Shown here piece by piece: positions 14,246 to 27,190 of a stretch of 64,000 nt of DNA. The position numbers and the translations under genes were made by a program. The DNA comes from Macrostomum lignano (lineage: Eukaryota), in the NCBI GenBank assembly GCA_002269645.1, contig NIVC01001755.1, forward strand, positions 1 to 64,000, in the 5' to 3' direction. Under the pieces are notes generated by a model. The model made no database searches. It saw nothing but the letters and a program-made list of their open reading frames with translations, and was not told the origin of the DNA. The stretch's first letter is position 1; every line of letters starts with the position of its first letter.

Positions 14246-14741
14246 CACAGTATCTAACTAAGACTCAAAATGATTTTTTGTTCAATTTATTCTGATTTAA
14301 TAGAACCTGTGTTTATGAACGAAATATAGAAAGGTCATCGACTTAAATAATTTGAGACCTGCATTGTTCTCAGCTAATTATTGGTGGAAAGACAAAATGC
14401 AGAAAAAATCCGTGACATTTTTGAGGTGTGGATAAAGTTTTGCGTTACAGGTGAATGCAGCAGGAACTGAGCGGCGCAACCCCTGCAGCGATTTTGCTTG
14501 ACACACTCGAAATAATTTTCTTTTAGAAAGCCTTCTAATGGAGCCTTTGGTAGGCGTAGTCACGACTGACTCTTTTGTTGATGCAATTTTCTTACACTTA
14601 TCACTCTGAGTCTGCTCTGTGCCTGTGCTCGCATCAGAGTCAGCGCCTCATCAGAGTGTGAGAATAAGAGGATGACAAAGGCTTTTCAATTTCGCCTTAA
14701 AATTCATATCTCAATGATGGTAAAACTTATAATTTATCAAT

Positions 14742-15045
14742 CTCATTGCTTTTTATCAATCCCATTGCTTATCAATCCGATTGCTTATCAATATCTCATT
14801 GCTTATCAATCCCATTGCTTATCAATATCCCATTGCTTATCAATCCCATTGCTTATCAATATCTCATTGCTTATCAATCCCATTGCTTATCAATATCCCA
14901 TTGCTTATCAATCCCATTGCTTATCAATATCTCATTGCTTATCAATCCCATTGCTTATCAATATCCCATTGCTTATCAATCCCATTGCTTATCAATCTCA
15001 TTGCTTATCAATCTCATTGCTTATCAATATCTCATTGCTTTCAAT
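14742..15045. repeat. (TTGCTTATCAAT[AT]CCCA)n 16/18-bp minisatellite
   Basis: Direct reading. Confidence 0.95.
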
Positions 15046-15809
15046 CTAAAAAAGCCTATCAGCTCAGGAAAATAAAACAGTAAGTCAGGACTTCAGTTTC
15101 AATTTACCCGAAATGAATTTCTCAGAAGCTTTAATCATCACCCGCAAGCAGCTTCCAGTATGCAGGCTACCCGCATCTGAGCTGACGATGCAGCAGTCGT
15201 GAAAGAGGCTGGATGGGGGTGTCTGCCCGCCTGTGTTTATGGCGCTAATGAGTGCCCAAGAGCAATGTAGGATTAACTGCTGTGCTCAAATGACCCTCCC
15301 CCAGACTTCTCGAAGAGTCCCCAAAGAAGCTGATTATTTGAGTGGGCGGGGCTGGCAAAAACAGTGAGATGCAGGTGATCGCGTGTGTTTAATTATGGAT
15401 AAAAATTGCTTCTTACACCTTTTCATTTTCTAATAGCCAGTGGAGTGGGTGGATTTTTAAAAGTAATAGCAACAATAATATTTAAATCACGAGGGTTGCA
15501 GGCACCTCACACGCTCACACAGCGGCCCTTTGACTCTCTAATCGTCAGGAATGAGAATTTTTATCTCACATAAAGAGTTTTTTAAGCAAAAAATCTTAGT
15601 TTGCTACTTTTAGTAATGCAGTAAGCCTTTGTCGCTTTGATGCAAGATCGATGCATATTTCTGATTTATCCGTCTACAGGGGATTTTTGAGATATGATTA
15701 TTAATTTTTCTGAATTTTTCCCTCAATAGTTGAAGAATGCATTAAGCTCAGCATTTCTTCAGGTAATTTTATAACCAGGGCAGCATTAGTTAATGACTTA
15801 AATTAATGA

Positions 15810-16090
15810 GTAGTTAGAGTGTTGGACTCATGAAAAGGTCGGGGGTTCGATTCTCGACCCAATTCGGAACAATTTGTGTCTTTGAGCAAGACACTTAAAT
15901 AAACATTGCTTCAGTTCACCCAGCTGTAAAATGGGTTGCCGTGCCAGCATTAGCTGGGTTAATTGGGGTAGCGTGTGGCGGCCCTCCCTCCAGTCCTTGG
16001 ACTGAACAGCCGTACGCAGCCTTCAGATGCGCCGCGCAATAGCTGCGGCTGAGCTGTCGGTTGCACATCTGCCGACCGGTGTAATCATGA
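15810..16090 (+). mobile_element. tRNA-derived SINE with CORE-like domain (copy 1)
   Basis: B-box GGTTCGATTC, then TTGAGCAAGACACTTAA..CAGCTGTAAAATGGG; shared 3' body with copies at 21418, 22815, 26911. Confidence 0.85.
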
Positions 16091-16535
16091 ATTTATTATT
16101 AATATTAATATTATTTATACACGTTAAAACATGTGAAAATGTGCTTATGCATATGGTTTTACCATAGACACAATCTACCATCTTAATGCTTTGACGTACT
16201 AGAAAACTTCAAGTTTCAAAACTTATATTGAACCATGTGTGCGTCTTGATGCATAAATTTTATTAAACCGTTTTCCTTAGAATTTTCACCCTAGCAAGTA
16301 AAAATTTGAAGAAGTTATAAACTGTTTTTGTTCTCTTGGTTTGTCAGTCTCGTAGTCTCGAATATTGAAAAAAATTCCCAAGAAGAAAACCTCAGATAAG
16401 TGAATAAAGTATGCTATTTTTAGATAGTATATTTAATTATTGAGGTTTAAACTTCTGTCTAGAAAGTTCATAAACATGAAAAATCAGTGAGTTATTAAAT
16501 AAAGTTCACATTTGAGTTGTCAATGTTGTTCAGCA

Positions 16536-17276
16536 TTAGTTCTGCAGGCTGTACTTCACCCAGCCTGGGTTCGTCTCGATGCTCTCCTCCACTTGGGCAT
16601 CCGTGAACAGCAGCAGGCGGCAGTCGTGCAGCTTCCTGTGGTACAGCGCATGTCGGCAGGTTCTCGCTCGCATGCAGGCGGCCACGCATGCGACCGAATT
16701 TTTCACCTTCTTCAGATCGCTATAGCAGTACTCGGTGTTGCGGTTGAAGTGCCGAGCCTTGAAAGCTGCTGGTCTCAAAGTGGTTTGACTCGAAGTTTCA
16801 GTCTGCAGCGCGGCGACGTATTCACACATGAAGCCGCGCAGGTTCGAGCAGGGGAGATCAGCCAACTTGCCCGGAGCATTTTGCTGCATGATTAAACAGT
16901 CCTGGTTTTTGTCAATATTATTAGGTTCTTCGGTCCCCCACAATGTATCATTAAGCGGCAGAACTCCTTTGTTGTTGATCAAATGCCAGCTAGACCTGCT
17001 CCTGTCTCTCTCGTCAGGCAAGTCGGTGACTCCAAGCCAAAGATGATTGGGAACCGAAATTGACATGCTGCCAAGCAGGATCAGGGTGCCGTAGTTGCTG
17101 ACCAGCTCGCCTCCAATGGACATGCACTCAGCGTTCGCTTTGCACCACGTGTAACTGTTTAACTCACTAATATGGACGCACTTGCCAGCCCGGAGGCTGT
17201 AAGGCTGGGGGCACAAACTACCGAATGCCAGTGGCAGGAAATTTGCAAACCAAATATTCATTGAAAGCAAACGCAT
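16536..17276 (-). CDS. Intronless secreted C-type lectin (EPN motif) with C-terminal PAN/apple-like domain, 246 aa
   Basis: Hydrophobic N-terminus; CTLD C..GKC..WCKANAEC..GGELV..LWLG..WGTEEPNN..QDC..LADLPC..FMCEY; C-terminal C..ACVAACM..CRHALY..CRLL. Confidence 0.9.
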   Translation of the reverse strand: MRLLSMNIWFANFLPLAFGSLCPQPYSLRAGKCVHISELNSYTWCKANAECMSIGGELVSNYGTLILLGSMSISVPNHLWLGVTDLPDERDRSRSSWHLINNKGVLPLNDTLWGTEEPNNIDKNQDCLIMQQNAPGKLADLPCSNLRGFMCEYVAALQTETSSQTTLRPAAFKARHFNRNTEYCYSDLKKVKNSVACVAACMRARTCRHALYHRKLHDCRLLLFTDAQVEESIETNPGWVKYSLQN

Positions 17277-17764
17277 TTTCCAGTCACTCGGCTAAAGGTT
17301 TTGACGATTTTTAGTGGGACGAATTGTAAAGCTTTTAGGTGTCCTATCTGCTCGTTATAGGTTATCGTATTTATCTAATCAACGGGTGCTTGAAAATGCT
17401 CCATAAAATGAAAAAAATCCATCAAGCAAATCTATAAGGCAGTTCAGAAACCACTCTGACTATCATGAAAAATGGATCTGCTAGACTTCGAAAAGATGAA
17501 TGACCAAAAACAAAATCTCCAATATTTTGGATATTTCAGAAGAGGCTACAGTTGCGCCAACATGGGGAGAGAAAAACACAATGACTGATACCTAATGGCA
17601 TAAAATGATTGACAGAAACATTTTAGATACTCATAGAGTTTCTCATTTCCAAAAAATTGGCAGTTTGAAGTGCCCTTTAAACTGAATCTCTCACAGGCAA
17701 AAGCGTGAAATATTTTATCGTCATTCGTGTGATATCTGGGAGCCAAAAACGTTAAAGACTTGCG

Positions 17765-18650
17765 TCTCAGTGTTTTAGAGTCAGTATCTCAGTATCTCAG
17801 TATCTCAGTGTCTCAGTTTCACAGTGTCTCAGTATCTCAATGTCTCAGTAACTCAGTGTCTCAGTGTGTCAATGTGTCAGTGTGTCAGTGTGTCAGTGTG
17901 TCAGTGTGTCAGTGTCTCAGTGTGTCAGTGTGTCAGTGTCTCAGTGTCTCAGTGTCTCAGTGTGTCAGTGTGTCAGTGTCTCAGTGTCTCAGTGTCACAG
18001 TGTCTCAGTGTCTCAGTGTCTCAGAGTCTCAGTGTCTCAGTAACTCAGTGTCTCAGTGTGTCAATGTGTCAGTGTGTCAGTGTCTCAGTGTCTCAGTGTC
18101 ACAGTGTCTCAGTGTCTCAGTGTCTCAGTGTCTCAGTGTCTCAGTAACTCAGTGTCTCAGTGTGTCAATGTGTCAGTGTGTCAGTGTCTCAGTGTGTCAG
18201 TGTGTCAGTGTGTCAGTGTGTCAGTGTGTCAGTGTCTCAGTGTCACAGTGTCTCAGTGTCTCAGTGTCTCAGTGTCTCAGTGTCACAGTGTCTCAGTGTC
18301 TCAGTGTGTCAGTAACTCAGTGTCTCAGTGTGTCAGTGTGTCAGTGTCTCAGTGTCTCAGTGTCTCATTGTCGCAGTGTCTCAGTTTCACAGTGTCTCAG
18401 TATCTCAATGTCTCAGTAACTCAGTGTCTCAGTGTGTCAATGTGTCAGTGTGTCAGTGTCTCAGTGTGTCAGTGTCTCAGTGTCTCAGTGTCTCAGTGTC
18501 TCAGTGTCTCAGTGTCTCATTGTCTCAGTGTCTCAGTGTCTCAGTGTCTCAGTGTCTCAGTGTCTCAGTGTCTCAGTGTCTCAGTGTCTCAGTGTCTCAA
18601 TGTCTCAGTTTCTTAGTATCTCATTGTCTCAGTGTCTCAGTGTCCCAGAG
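17765..18650. repeat. 8-bp (TGTCTCAG/TGTGTCAG)n satellite
   Basis: Direct reading. Confidence 0.96.
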
Positions 18651-18883
18651 CATAGTGCTGTAAGGTTTAATAGGGATGTAAAAGTTCGCAGAGAGATATT
18701 GTATAGAAGTGGATCATTAAGCTTCGCTTGTATTTAATAACTAAGCAGACAGAACACTTTAGATTTATTTTATTTCCATTAATCAGGAACTGAAATTAAT
18801 ACCCACTCAAATTCAAAGTAAACAAATTGAGTCATAATCTTCCTGTATCAAAAATTTGTTTTGCCCAGAACCGATTTTAAAAA

Positions 18884-21800
18884 TCACTTTCTATCAACGC
18901 CTGTCAGCGGACGAGTGAGCTTCTTCTCCTCCATCAACGCCTCGACCAGCATCCGCTTGTAGGCCTCCCAATCCATGGCTGACTGCAGCCGGCGCTGCAG
19001 CTCCTCGCGACTCGGAAACTGATCGATCTGGTTGCGCAGCCTGTCCAGCAGCTTTCTGGGCGCCTGCTCGATGAAGAATTGCCGGTCGAGCAGTAGGCAT
19101 TCCGCCCCGTTGCTAACCACGCACAGGCTCGGCTGTTGGTTGCGCTGCGACGAGCCCGTCGGCTGCTGGAACAGGTGCTGAAGACCGAAGACGCCACCAC
19201 GGGTCAGGGTGCACAGGCGAACGAACTCAGGACTACCCGATGCCGGCAGTTCCTGCGTTGAAATATCTCTTTATGGTTAATGGCTTAGTAGATATGGGTT
19301 TCCTCCGCTGAAAGAGTATGTACGCAGCTTTCTACAATTGAAGTGTTTTATTTAATTAAAATTGCATCGTTTTCCTAGAAAACTTAGAAAGTGCTACAAT
19401 TGAAGTGTTTTATTTAATTAAAATTGCATCGTTTTCCTAGAAAACTTAGAAAGTGCTACAATTGAAGTGTTTTATTTAATTAAAATTGCATCGTTTTCCT
19501 AGAAAACTTAGAAAGTGCTACAATTGAAGTGTTTTATTTAATTAAAATTGCATCGTTTTCCTAGAAAACTTAGAAAGTGCTACAATTGAAGTGTTTTATT
19601 TAATTAAAATTGCATCGTTTTCCTAGAAAACTTAGAAAGTGCTACAATTGAAGTGTTTTATTTAATTAAAATTGCATCGTTTTCCTAGAAAACTTAGAAA
19701 GTGCTACAATTGAAGTGTTTTATTTAATTAAAATTGCATCGTTTTCCTAGAAAACTTAGAAAGTGCTACAATTGAAGTGTTTTATTTAATTAAAATTGCA
19801 TCGTTTTCCTAGAAAACTTAGAAAGTGCTACAATTGAAGTGTTTTATTTAATTAAAATTGCATCGTTTTCCTAGAAAACTTAGAAAGTGCTACAATTGAA
19901 GTGTTTTATTTAATTAAAATTGCATCGTTTTCCTAGAAAACTTAGAAAGTGCTACAACTGAAGTGTTTTATTTAATTAAAATTGCATCGTTTTCCTAGAA
20001 AACTTAGAAAGTGCTACAATTGAAGTGTTTTATTTAATTAAAATTGCATCGTTTTCCTAGAAAACTTAGAAAGTGCTACAATTGAAGTGTTTTATTTAAT
20101 TAAAATTGCATCGTTTTCCTAGAAAACTTAGAAAGTGCTACAATTGAAGGCGAACTATATTTTTTAACTTTTTGTGTGATAATGGTGTCTTCAATTAATT
20201 TGTTATAACTATTTGACTTTTAATCCTAAAAAATGCTATAATTGTTTCATTCTTCTCTAACCTAGATTGCTGTCTTGTTTATCCACGACGCAGGCATCCC
20301 CTTTTGAATTAAGGAGCTCAATGGTTCAAGGGTTCTCAGAAAACATGATTGTGGTCATGCAAGATGAATCAGACACAGGAAGTTAAATTTCTCAAATCAA
20401 AGCCAAAATAATTGAATTTATTCGATTCTCTTAGTACAATCACTGAGTTGGTTAGATGACGTCACTCACCAGCACTCCGTCGTCCAATTCGTCATAGAAC
20501 GTCTTTCGTCCCATTCGAACGGTTGTTGAACCGTCTTGGCCTTGAACTGGAAACGCATCAGAGTAAAGTGTATCGATGATAATGAACGCTGTTATGAAGG
20601 TAGACACATTTTTGTCAGGCGAGTTTACATGTAGCATGGAAGGCATGTAAGAGAGTGAAGATATGTACACTCTCTGTGGATCATGGCTAAAATTAAGTTA
20701 AATCAAGCCCTCTTCGATGTAAATCGCAGGTCGCAAAACGTTGGAGTTGGTGTTGGACCCATGTACCGCGAGCTTGCTTCAAACCTGTCAGTCGCAGTTA
20801 GTTTGAAAATGAACGTCCAGCTCACTCACCAGACTCCTCCTTGGAGAAAAAGTTGGCCTGAAAGTGTTTAAATGAGATAGTTTATTAAATATTTGATCTG
20901 TGTGTAAACTCTTCTAAAACAAATTCGATTAAGTCACAAATGTTCAAGCGCCCACCATTGCTTGACTCTTAGTCTCAACGCTCAACGGTCGCTGCTGCTT
21001 CAGCCTGACTCTACCGGCGGATTTAGCCGCAGAGCCGCGAGCTCTCGCGCCTCTGATACTCGCAGCATTTTGCGAAGTCAAAGTCGCGGCAGCTACCGTC
21101 AGCGGTCTGTCTGGACGGTCAACCAACTGTAGCTGTCTGCTCTCAGCGCCGGCCGGCAGTGCCGACCTGGCCAGTCGGAACATCCCAGTGCTGTCGTAGA
21201 ACTGCCACAAATATGGCGCGGCTTCTTCAATGAGGCGCCGCTGGTGGCTGGTTTGCAGCAGCTCACCGGATGCGTTGGCCACTAGCGGTTGCGTCTTTTG
21301 TAGAGCAAACAGTACTTGAGCGCTTCCCTTGATATCGGCGAAAAAAAGGCAAAATTCTGTTAATAATTAGATGATTCAGTAACGTAATAAGGTGCATTAA
21401 AACCAGCTATCCACGCAGCCTGCTCTAATGGGCAGCTGTGCAACCGACAGCTCAGCCGCAGCTATTGCGCGGCGCATCTGAAGGCATCTGAAGGCTCATC
21501 CCGTGTTGATTGACAGTCGATAAAAAGCCGATAAACGGTAGAATAAACAATCGTAAAAGACATCGTTTAAATATAAATTTTACTGCCCGAGATAAACATA
21601 CATATTATTTCCAGATAAATGTGAGCAACATTTCTGTTTCTAAGCCAAATTGTCACATTTATTATTTTTATTATTCTTTCTTTTTCAAAACGAAAACCCG
21701 GAAAACCACAGTAATATGTAAATGTTGCAAAGAGCACAATGCACTCACAGACTTGACAATGTAGATCCATCGGGATGCACGGCTGTTCTTTACCATTACA

Positions 21801-24800
21801 ACGGATCTTCTGCAACAGATTGTGTTGATTAAAGATGACTAGCCTGTCTGAAAACGGCTCAAACTTAAAAAAGAAACTGCGACGCCCTACTTAAAGTAGC
21901 AGAACATGAACTTGGCATGCTGCTTCTGCAGATGCTGAATCGGCCAGCCGCGTAGGAAATCCAGACTCCTGCAAAGTCAGTAATAAAACTTTAACTCCAA
22001 TGCTTCAATGCTTCCCCAGAGTCACTGCAGAGATCAAGTCTCCAAAAGCGTTACCTGACAAATTCTTCGTGATCCGGGTCTGTAACGGTTTTCTGCCCTC
22101 CTTGCATAAAAATTGCTTCGTAAGCCTGAAAAATTCGTTGGGAGTCGTCTTGCACAAAATTTACACCCATGAGGGCCAACCCCAAAGGAACAGAGTGTAC
22201 ATGCTTGAAGATTAGAAATTCAGAGCCGCTGTAAACCCTGAAATTAAGGGCTTCTATCGCCTTGTTTATTTAAAATAAGCAGTGTTCAACACGGCTTTTC
22301 TGCAGCGGAACCCAAACGACTATGGAACTAACCACAACACTCACTTCTGCTACCCCGGACTGATGACTTGAAATTATTTAACAAGTGCATAGGGAATTAG
22401 GTCTGATTTTAGTCTCTTTCGTTGTTACTTAATTAGGCTATAATTATGTTTCTCAGCTTATAACTCTGTACATGAAATACTGAGTGTTTCGGCACAAACT
22501 CATCCCGCTTGCATTTTCAATCTGTCCCTGTGTGACTAAACTAAACTCTTACCGGAATATCGATGGCAAGAAAGTCGCAGTCGGTCTTGCAGACAACCGT
22601 GCTCTGTCGCTGACTCTGATTGACAATCGCCAACTCGCCGAAGCTGTCGCCTTTGTTCAACTCAACCACGGTGTGAGCAGTGTCAGCTGACTGGTCCAGA
22701 ACGCACACCAGAACTGCAGGATTGTAAGATGTTATATGTTATTGTAGAAGGCGGTAAGATGTTTTGCTCGTGCTCTCCAATTGTTGCCTTTGCTCTCTCC
22801 CTCCGGCTGTTCCGCTAATTGATTATACCTGCCCTGATGGGCAGATGTGCAACCGACAGATCAGCCGCAGCTATTGCGCGGCGCATCTGAAGGCTGTGTA
22901 CGGTTGGTACGGTCCAAGGACTGGGGGGTCGCCACACACACCCTCAGTTACCCCAGCTAATGCTGGCACCCATTTTACAGCTGGTTGAACTGAAGCAATG
23001 CAGAGTTAAGTGTCTTGCTCAAGGACACAAATTGTTCCTGTGTAATGGGGAATCGAACCCACGACCTTCAAGTCGTGTGTCCGACGCTCTAACTACTAGG
23101 CTACAGCCCCCTAGAGTACTAACCAACAAACTATGAACAACTGCAAGCAACAATGACCACGAGCAAGGTAATTAAATTTCTACCTAAAATGTTGCCCGTA
23201 GAGGCTTTAGTACAATGTAGAAAAGTCAAGTAGTGTAAATTCTTGCTAGTAAAGTTTCCGTGATACAAATAACACTCAAAATATCGCTTCCGCAGGACAA
23301 AAGCAACTCACCAATTGGACCCTCCAACGTTTTTACAAAATATCTCTTTACAATCTGCATAGAAAGTTTACTCACCAACACCATAGGTGATGAAGTAGAA
23401 CGCGTGAGCCGGGTCATTCTGCCGCACAATAACTCGACCAGATTCATAGCTGTCAACGGCCGATCAATTTCTAATAAGCTAAATGAAAGTTCGAATGGAA
23501 TCAAGCCACCGCGAGTTTACCTTTCCAGCACTCCCATTCGCGCTAGATTCCGCTGCATCCGCACCGGATAGTCAGCCAGCTGCTGAATGCCTCTGAGCGC
23601 AATCACCGCCTGGAATCGAGCAGTTCACGGATTTACAAATTGATTTGACTTACTGGCAGAAAATGAGTGTGGCCGCAGACGGAATTGAATATCCCTGAGT
23701 TGGCTATGAATGTCGGGGTTTAGCCAGTACGCTCGTACTGCCTCCTGTTAATACGGTCTCATATTTTTATTACAGACATAAAAGCTAGCACTTTTGTTGA
23801 TTGAATTTTTCACACAAGTTTTTCTTAACTTTGGGCCTTGAAGTAACATTCATTTTTTAATTAAGTAGTACATACAAACTCACCAAAGGTCCTTTCATTT
23901 TGCTGAATTCATTTGTAAGCCTTTTAGAGTAGCAATATACGCCCCCCGTTGAAGAGAACAAAAAGAATGTAATAAAAGAATTAATTTTAAGTAAACTACA
24001 TGTATCTCCTGACTTCAGCCTTTATATCTCAGCAATTCCCCCAGCAAGCCTTGACATCTCAGCAATTCCCCCGAGCAAGCCTTGACTTCTGAGCAATTCC
24101 CCCGTTAGCCTTGACATCTCAGCAATTCCCCGCAGCAAGTCTTGACATCTCAGCAATTCCCCCAGCAAGCCTTGACATCTCAGCAATTCCCCCCGTAAGC
24201 CTTGACATCTCAGCAATTCCCCCAGCAAGGCTTGACATCTCAGCAATTCCCCCAGCAAGCCTTGACAACTCAGCAATTCCTCAGCAAGTCTTGACATCTC
24301 AGCAATTCTCCCCAGCAAGCCTTGGCATCTCAGCAATTCCCCCAGCAAGCCTTGAAATCTCAGCAATTCCCCCAGTAATTCTTGACATCTCAGCAATTCC
24401 CCCAGCAAGCCTTGACATCTCAGCAATTCCTCAGCAAGTCTTGACATCTCAGCAATTCTCTCCACCAAGCCTTGGCATCTCAGCAATTCCCCCAGCAAGC
24501 CTTGAAATCTCAGCAATTCCCCCAGTAATTCTTGACATCTCAGCAATTCCCCCAGCGAGCCTTGAGATCTCAGCAATTCCTCAGCAAGTCTTGACATCTC
24601 AGCAATTCCCCAGTAAGCCCTGACATCTTAGCAATTCCCTCCCAGACTTGACACAGCTATTCCCCCGAGCAAAGCATCCCCCGATAGCAATAAGCTTTTT
24701 AGATTTGCCAAAAAACATCCTGCACTTTTGATTTGCATTAACTCCGCCCGATGTCACTAACATAGTTAATCTCTTCCTCACTGCGCTCCTCCGGACACTT

Positions 24801-26392
24801 GGCCAAAACTCTTCGCGTCTCAGCTGACAGCCGCATCTGCCGGTTGGCTTTGAACTCGGCCTTGTTGAACACCGAGTAGCGACCGCCGCCGAAGCTACTG
24901 TTGCTGCTGCGGCTCAAGTCTATGGTCTGCTGCTGCGAGCGGAACGTGTTGCCCAATCTGCGGCTGCAACGAGGGGATTGGCGACAGCTCTTTTATAAAG
25001 ACTACCCTGAGCAGGCACACGAGCGGGCGGATACGTACGCAGTCATACGAACAGGCACACACTCACACAGGAGTGTACAGTGGCACAAACTTTATTTATC
25101 GTTTGGCATGTACACTTCACTGTACCTTGGGGGTTGGCCCTCAAGGCCGTTAATTGCACGAGCAGAGCCAAGCCGATATTCCAATTCAGCTCCAAATTAA
25201 TGTGAATGCACTTGGAATCGAGCCTGGGCCGCTGGCAAATACGCATATAGAGATCTACGCTAGACCACGGGGCTACGGTCTGACTTTCTGTTTCATACAG
25301 AGCAAGAAAATTCAATTTGAAGATGGTATAAATCGACACGATTATGAACAAGATAGATTTCTCACCAAGTCAGACGGTGTTGACAGCACAGCCTGAACAC
25401 GGCAATCACTAGACGATAGTAAAAGTTCAACTGAAGCCGCAGCTGCTTCTGAAAAATGCAAAATGACGAGGTGTAGGCTATGGAAAATGTCTGCATTCAA
25501 AAGATACCTTCGAATGGCCAGTTATGACGAATAATAAAAGAGGGCTGTAGACACCCTAGCGCAACGCCTTTTGGTGACATCTTCACAATTGACTGGTGAC
25601 AATCAATCAGCGTTGAAGGCAATTCTGCGTCGATCGTCAGACGTGTACACTCTCTGTGCCTTGGGTAGTTGGCTTTCATGGCTGTCAATTTCGTGCACGA
25701 CCACCCCCCCCCCCAAAATAAATTAAAAATAAAAGGCTTAGCAGGTAAAATTCGTATCAAACTGCATTACCATTCGCTGCCTCTTTGCTTCCAATTCTTC
25801 GCTGTCGCAGCCCAGCTCTTCCCGAATTGAGTCGCCGGGTTTCTGCCTGGCAACCATCGCTGACAGGCTGTTCTCGCGTCTGTAAGCCGAAGATCGCCTC
25901 CGTCGCAGAGAGCAGGAGAGCTGGCGCTCCTGCATCAGGTAGCCAAGCCGCGCCCGCTGCAGGCTGTCACTCAGCAGCGTACCGCCGCCTGCGGACGACG
26001 ACAGGGAAGCCGTCAGAGAGGCCTGCCGCTGAAGCAGGTAGGCCTGGACTAAATTATCCCCAGACGACTGTCGAGAGTTGCTGCTCAGTTGAAGCCGAAG
26101 GTTCTCCAGGACACCGGCCCGGCTGACCGACTGGCGACTTGAGCGCCTGACGGTTGACATCTGCTGAGGCCTGTCATCCAGATCGACTGCATTGAGCGAC
26201 TCGTCAAACGTGACGAGGCCAGCGAGGCGTCTGCAAGCGAATGGTCGCTAGCGAATTCAAATTAAGAAAACTTTGCGTACAACCAGAGGTATCACCAGAT
26301 TTTCATGAAATTCACCTGTTAAAGTTTCTACGATTTCCGTTGTCCTCAGCGCGTTGTTGGTCTGATTCATGTTTGCTGCTATAGTCGTCCAT
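18884..26392 (-). CDS. Cyclic nucleotide-binding-domain protein (CNBD2-like), 14 exons, 747 aa
   Basis: Exons 26392-26316, 26230-25771, 25448-25366, 24963-24762, 23609-23521, 23449-23376, 22713-22553, 22125-22055, 21968-21891, 21809-21749, 21327-20956, 20857-20830, 20588-20470, 19252-18884. Every junction is GT-AG and phase-consistent (2244 nt). Motifs LAKCPEERSEEE, GRVIVRQNDPAHAFYFI, KGDSFGELAIVNQSQRQSTV, FLRGWPI, SRWIYIVKSG, GGVFG, VVSNGAECLLL, DWEAYKRMLV. Confidence 0.9.
19333..20148. repeat. 62-bp tandem array, 13 near-identical copies, in last CNBD intron
   Basis: Unit TACAATTGAAGTGTTTTATTTAATTAAAATTGCATCGTTTTCCTAGAAAACTTAGAAAGTGC; period 62 (19333, 19395 ... 20139). Confidence 0.97.
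21418..21496 (-). mobile_element. 3' fragment of the same SINE (copy 2)
   Basis: GCAACCGACAGCTCAGCCGCAGCTATTGCGCGGCGCATCTGAAGG matches the other copies. Confidence 0.8.
22815..23110 (-). mobile_element. Full-length tRNA-derived CORE-type SINE (copy 3)
   Basis: Reverse strand: GGGGCTGTAGCCTAGTAGTT (A-box)..GGTTCGATTCC (B-box)..TGTGTCCTTGAGCAAGACACTTAACTCTGCATTGCTTCAGTTCAACCAGCTGTAAAATGGG, closely resembling the MIR/CORE consensus. Confidence 0.88.
24025..24640. repeat. 29-30-bp minisatellite (CAGCAATTCCCCCAGCAAGCCTTGACATCT)n in CNBD intron
   Basis: Direct reading; a solo unit also occurs near 48027. Confidence 0.95.
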
Positions 26393-26910
26393 TTCTTGCC
26401 GTCAAGGCCTCCCAGCGTTTGAATTAGGATGCGCGGAAAGCCCGGGTATTTCTCTAAGTCTATAGAGACTTCCCAGCCTTGTGAGTCTAGTGGAAACTGG
26501 GAAACTCAAATTGGGCAGGACAGGACAGGATACTTTAACTTGTCCTAAATTCAGGTCCAACATCCTGCATCGCATATCGACTTCATCCTAACAAAAACTG
26601 TTTTCAGTTCAAGCTCTGCCAAGACAGATCCAAGCGGCTGACTCATAAATATTTCAGCGATCGCCAAAACTTTGTGATGGAATGGGCGGATTTTTTAATT
26701 TTACGCGATTATATATGTAAAGCAATGCTCGCGCTCGTCTTAAACTTCATTGCAGATGAACAGAATGCATTTAAATTATTTAGCACTCAAAGGCTGTAGT
26801 TCTAAAAAAATTTATATTAGTAGACTCTGACTAGCAGCACATAGCTTTTTTACAGTTGTTACTTCAAGTAGCTTGCATAAAATCTTAATTGCCTAAAAGA
26901 ATTGCTCTAA

Positions 26911-27190
26911 GTGTTGCAGCCTAGTGTTTAGAGCGTCGGACTCACGACTGAAAGGTCGGGGGTTCGATTCTCGACCCAATCAGGAACAATTTGTGTCCTT
27001 GAGCAAGAAACTTTACTCTGCATTGCTTCAGTTCATCCAGCTGTAAAATTGGTGCCAGCATTAGCTGGGGTAATTGTGGGTGTCTGCGCCCCCCCCCCCC
27101 CCCAGTCCTTGGACTGAACAGCCGTACGCAGCTGCGGCTGAGCTGTCGCCGTTGCAAATCTGCCCATTGGAGCAGGTGTAATCAATTAAT
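26911..27190 (+). mobile_element. tRNA-derived CORE-type SINE (copy 4), small internal deletion
   Basis: Same head, B-box, core and 3' body as copy 3. Confidence 0.85.

Noticed and set aside
15182-15204. CTGACGA...GAAA hammerhead-like core
   Set aside because: The intervening bases cannot form stem II and no stems I/III were found
17380-17680. CCCTTTAA end suggesting a Kolobok-type element; related dispersed AT-rich repeats at ~7660 and ~31340
   Set aside because: Opposite terminus and TSD could not be identified
26911-26985. tRNA gene candidates at SINE heads (also 15810, 23040-23110)
   Set aside because: Cloverleaf does not close and the sequence continues into the shared SINE body
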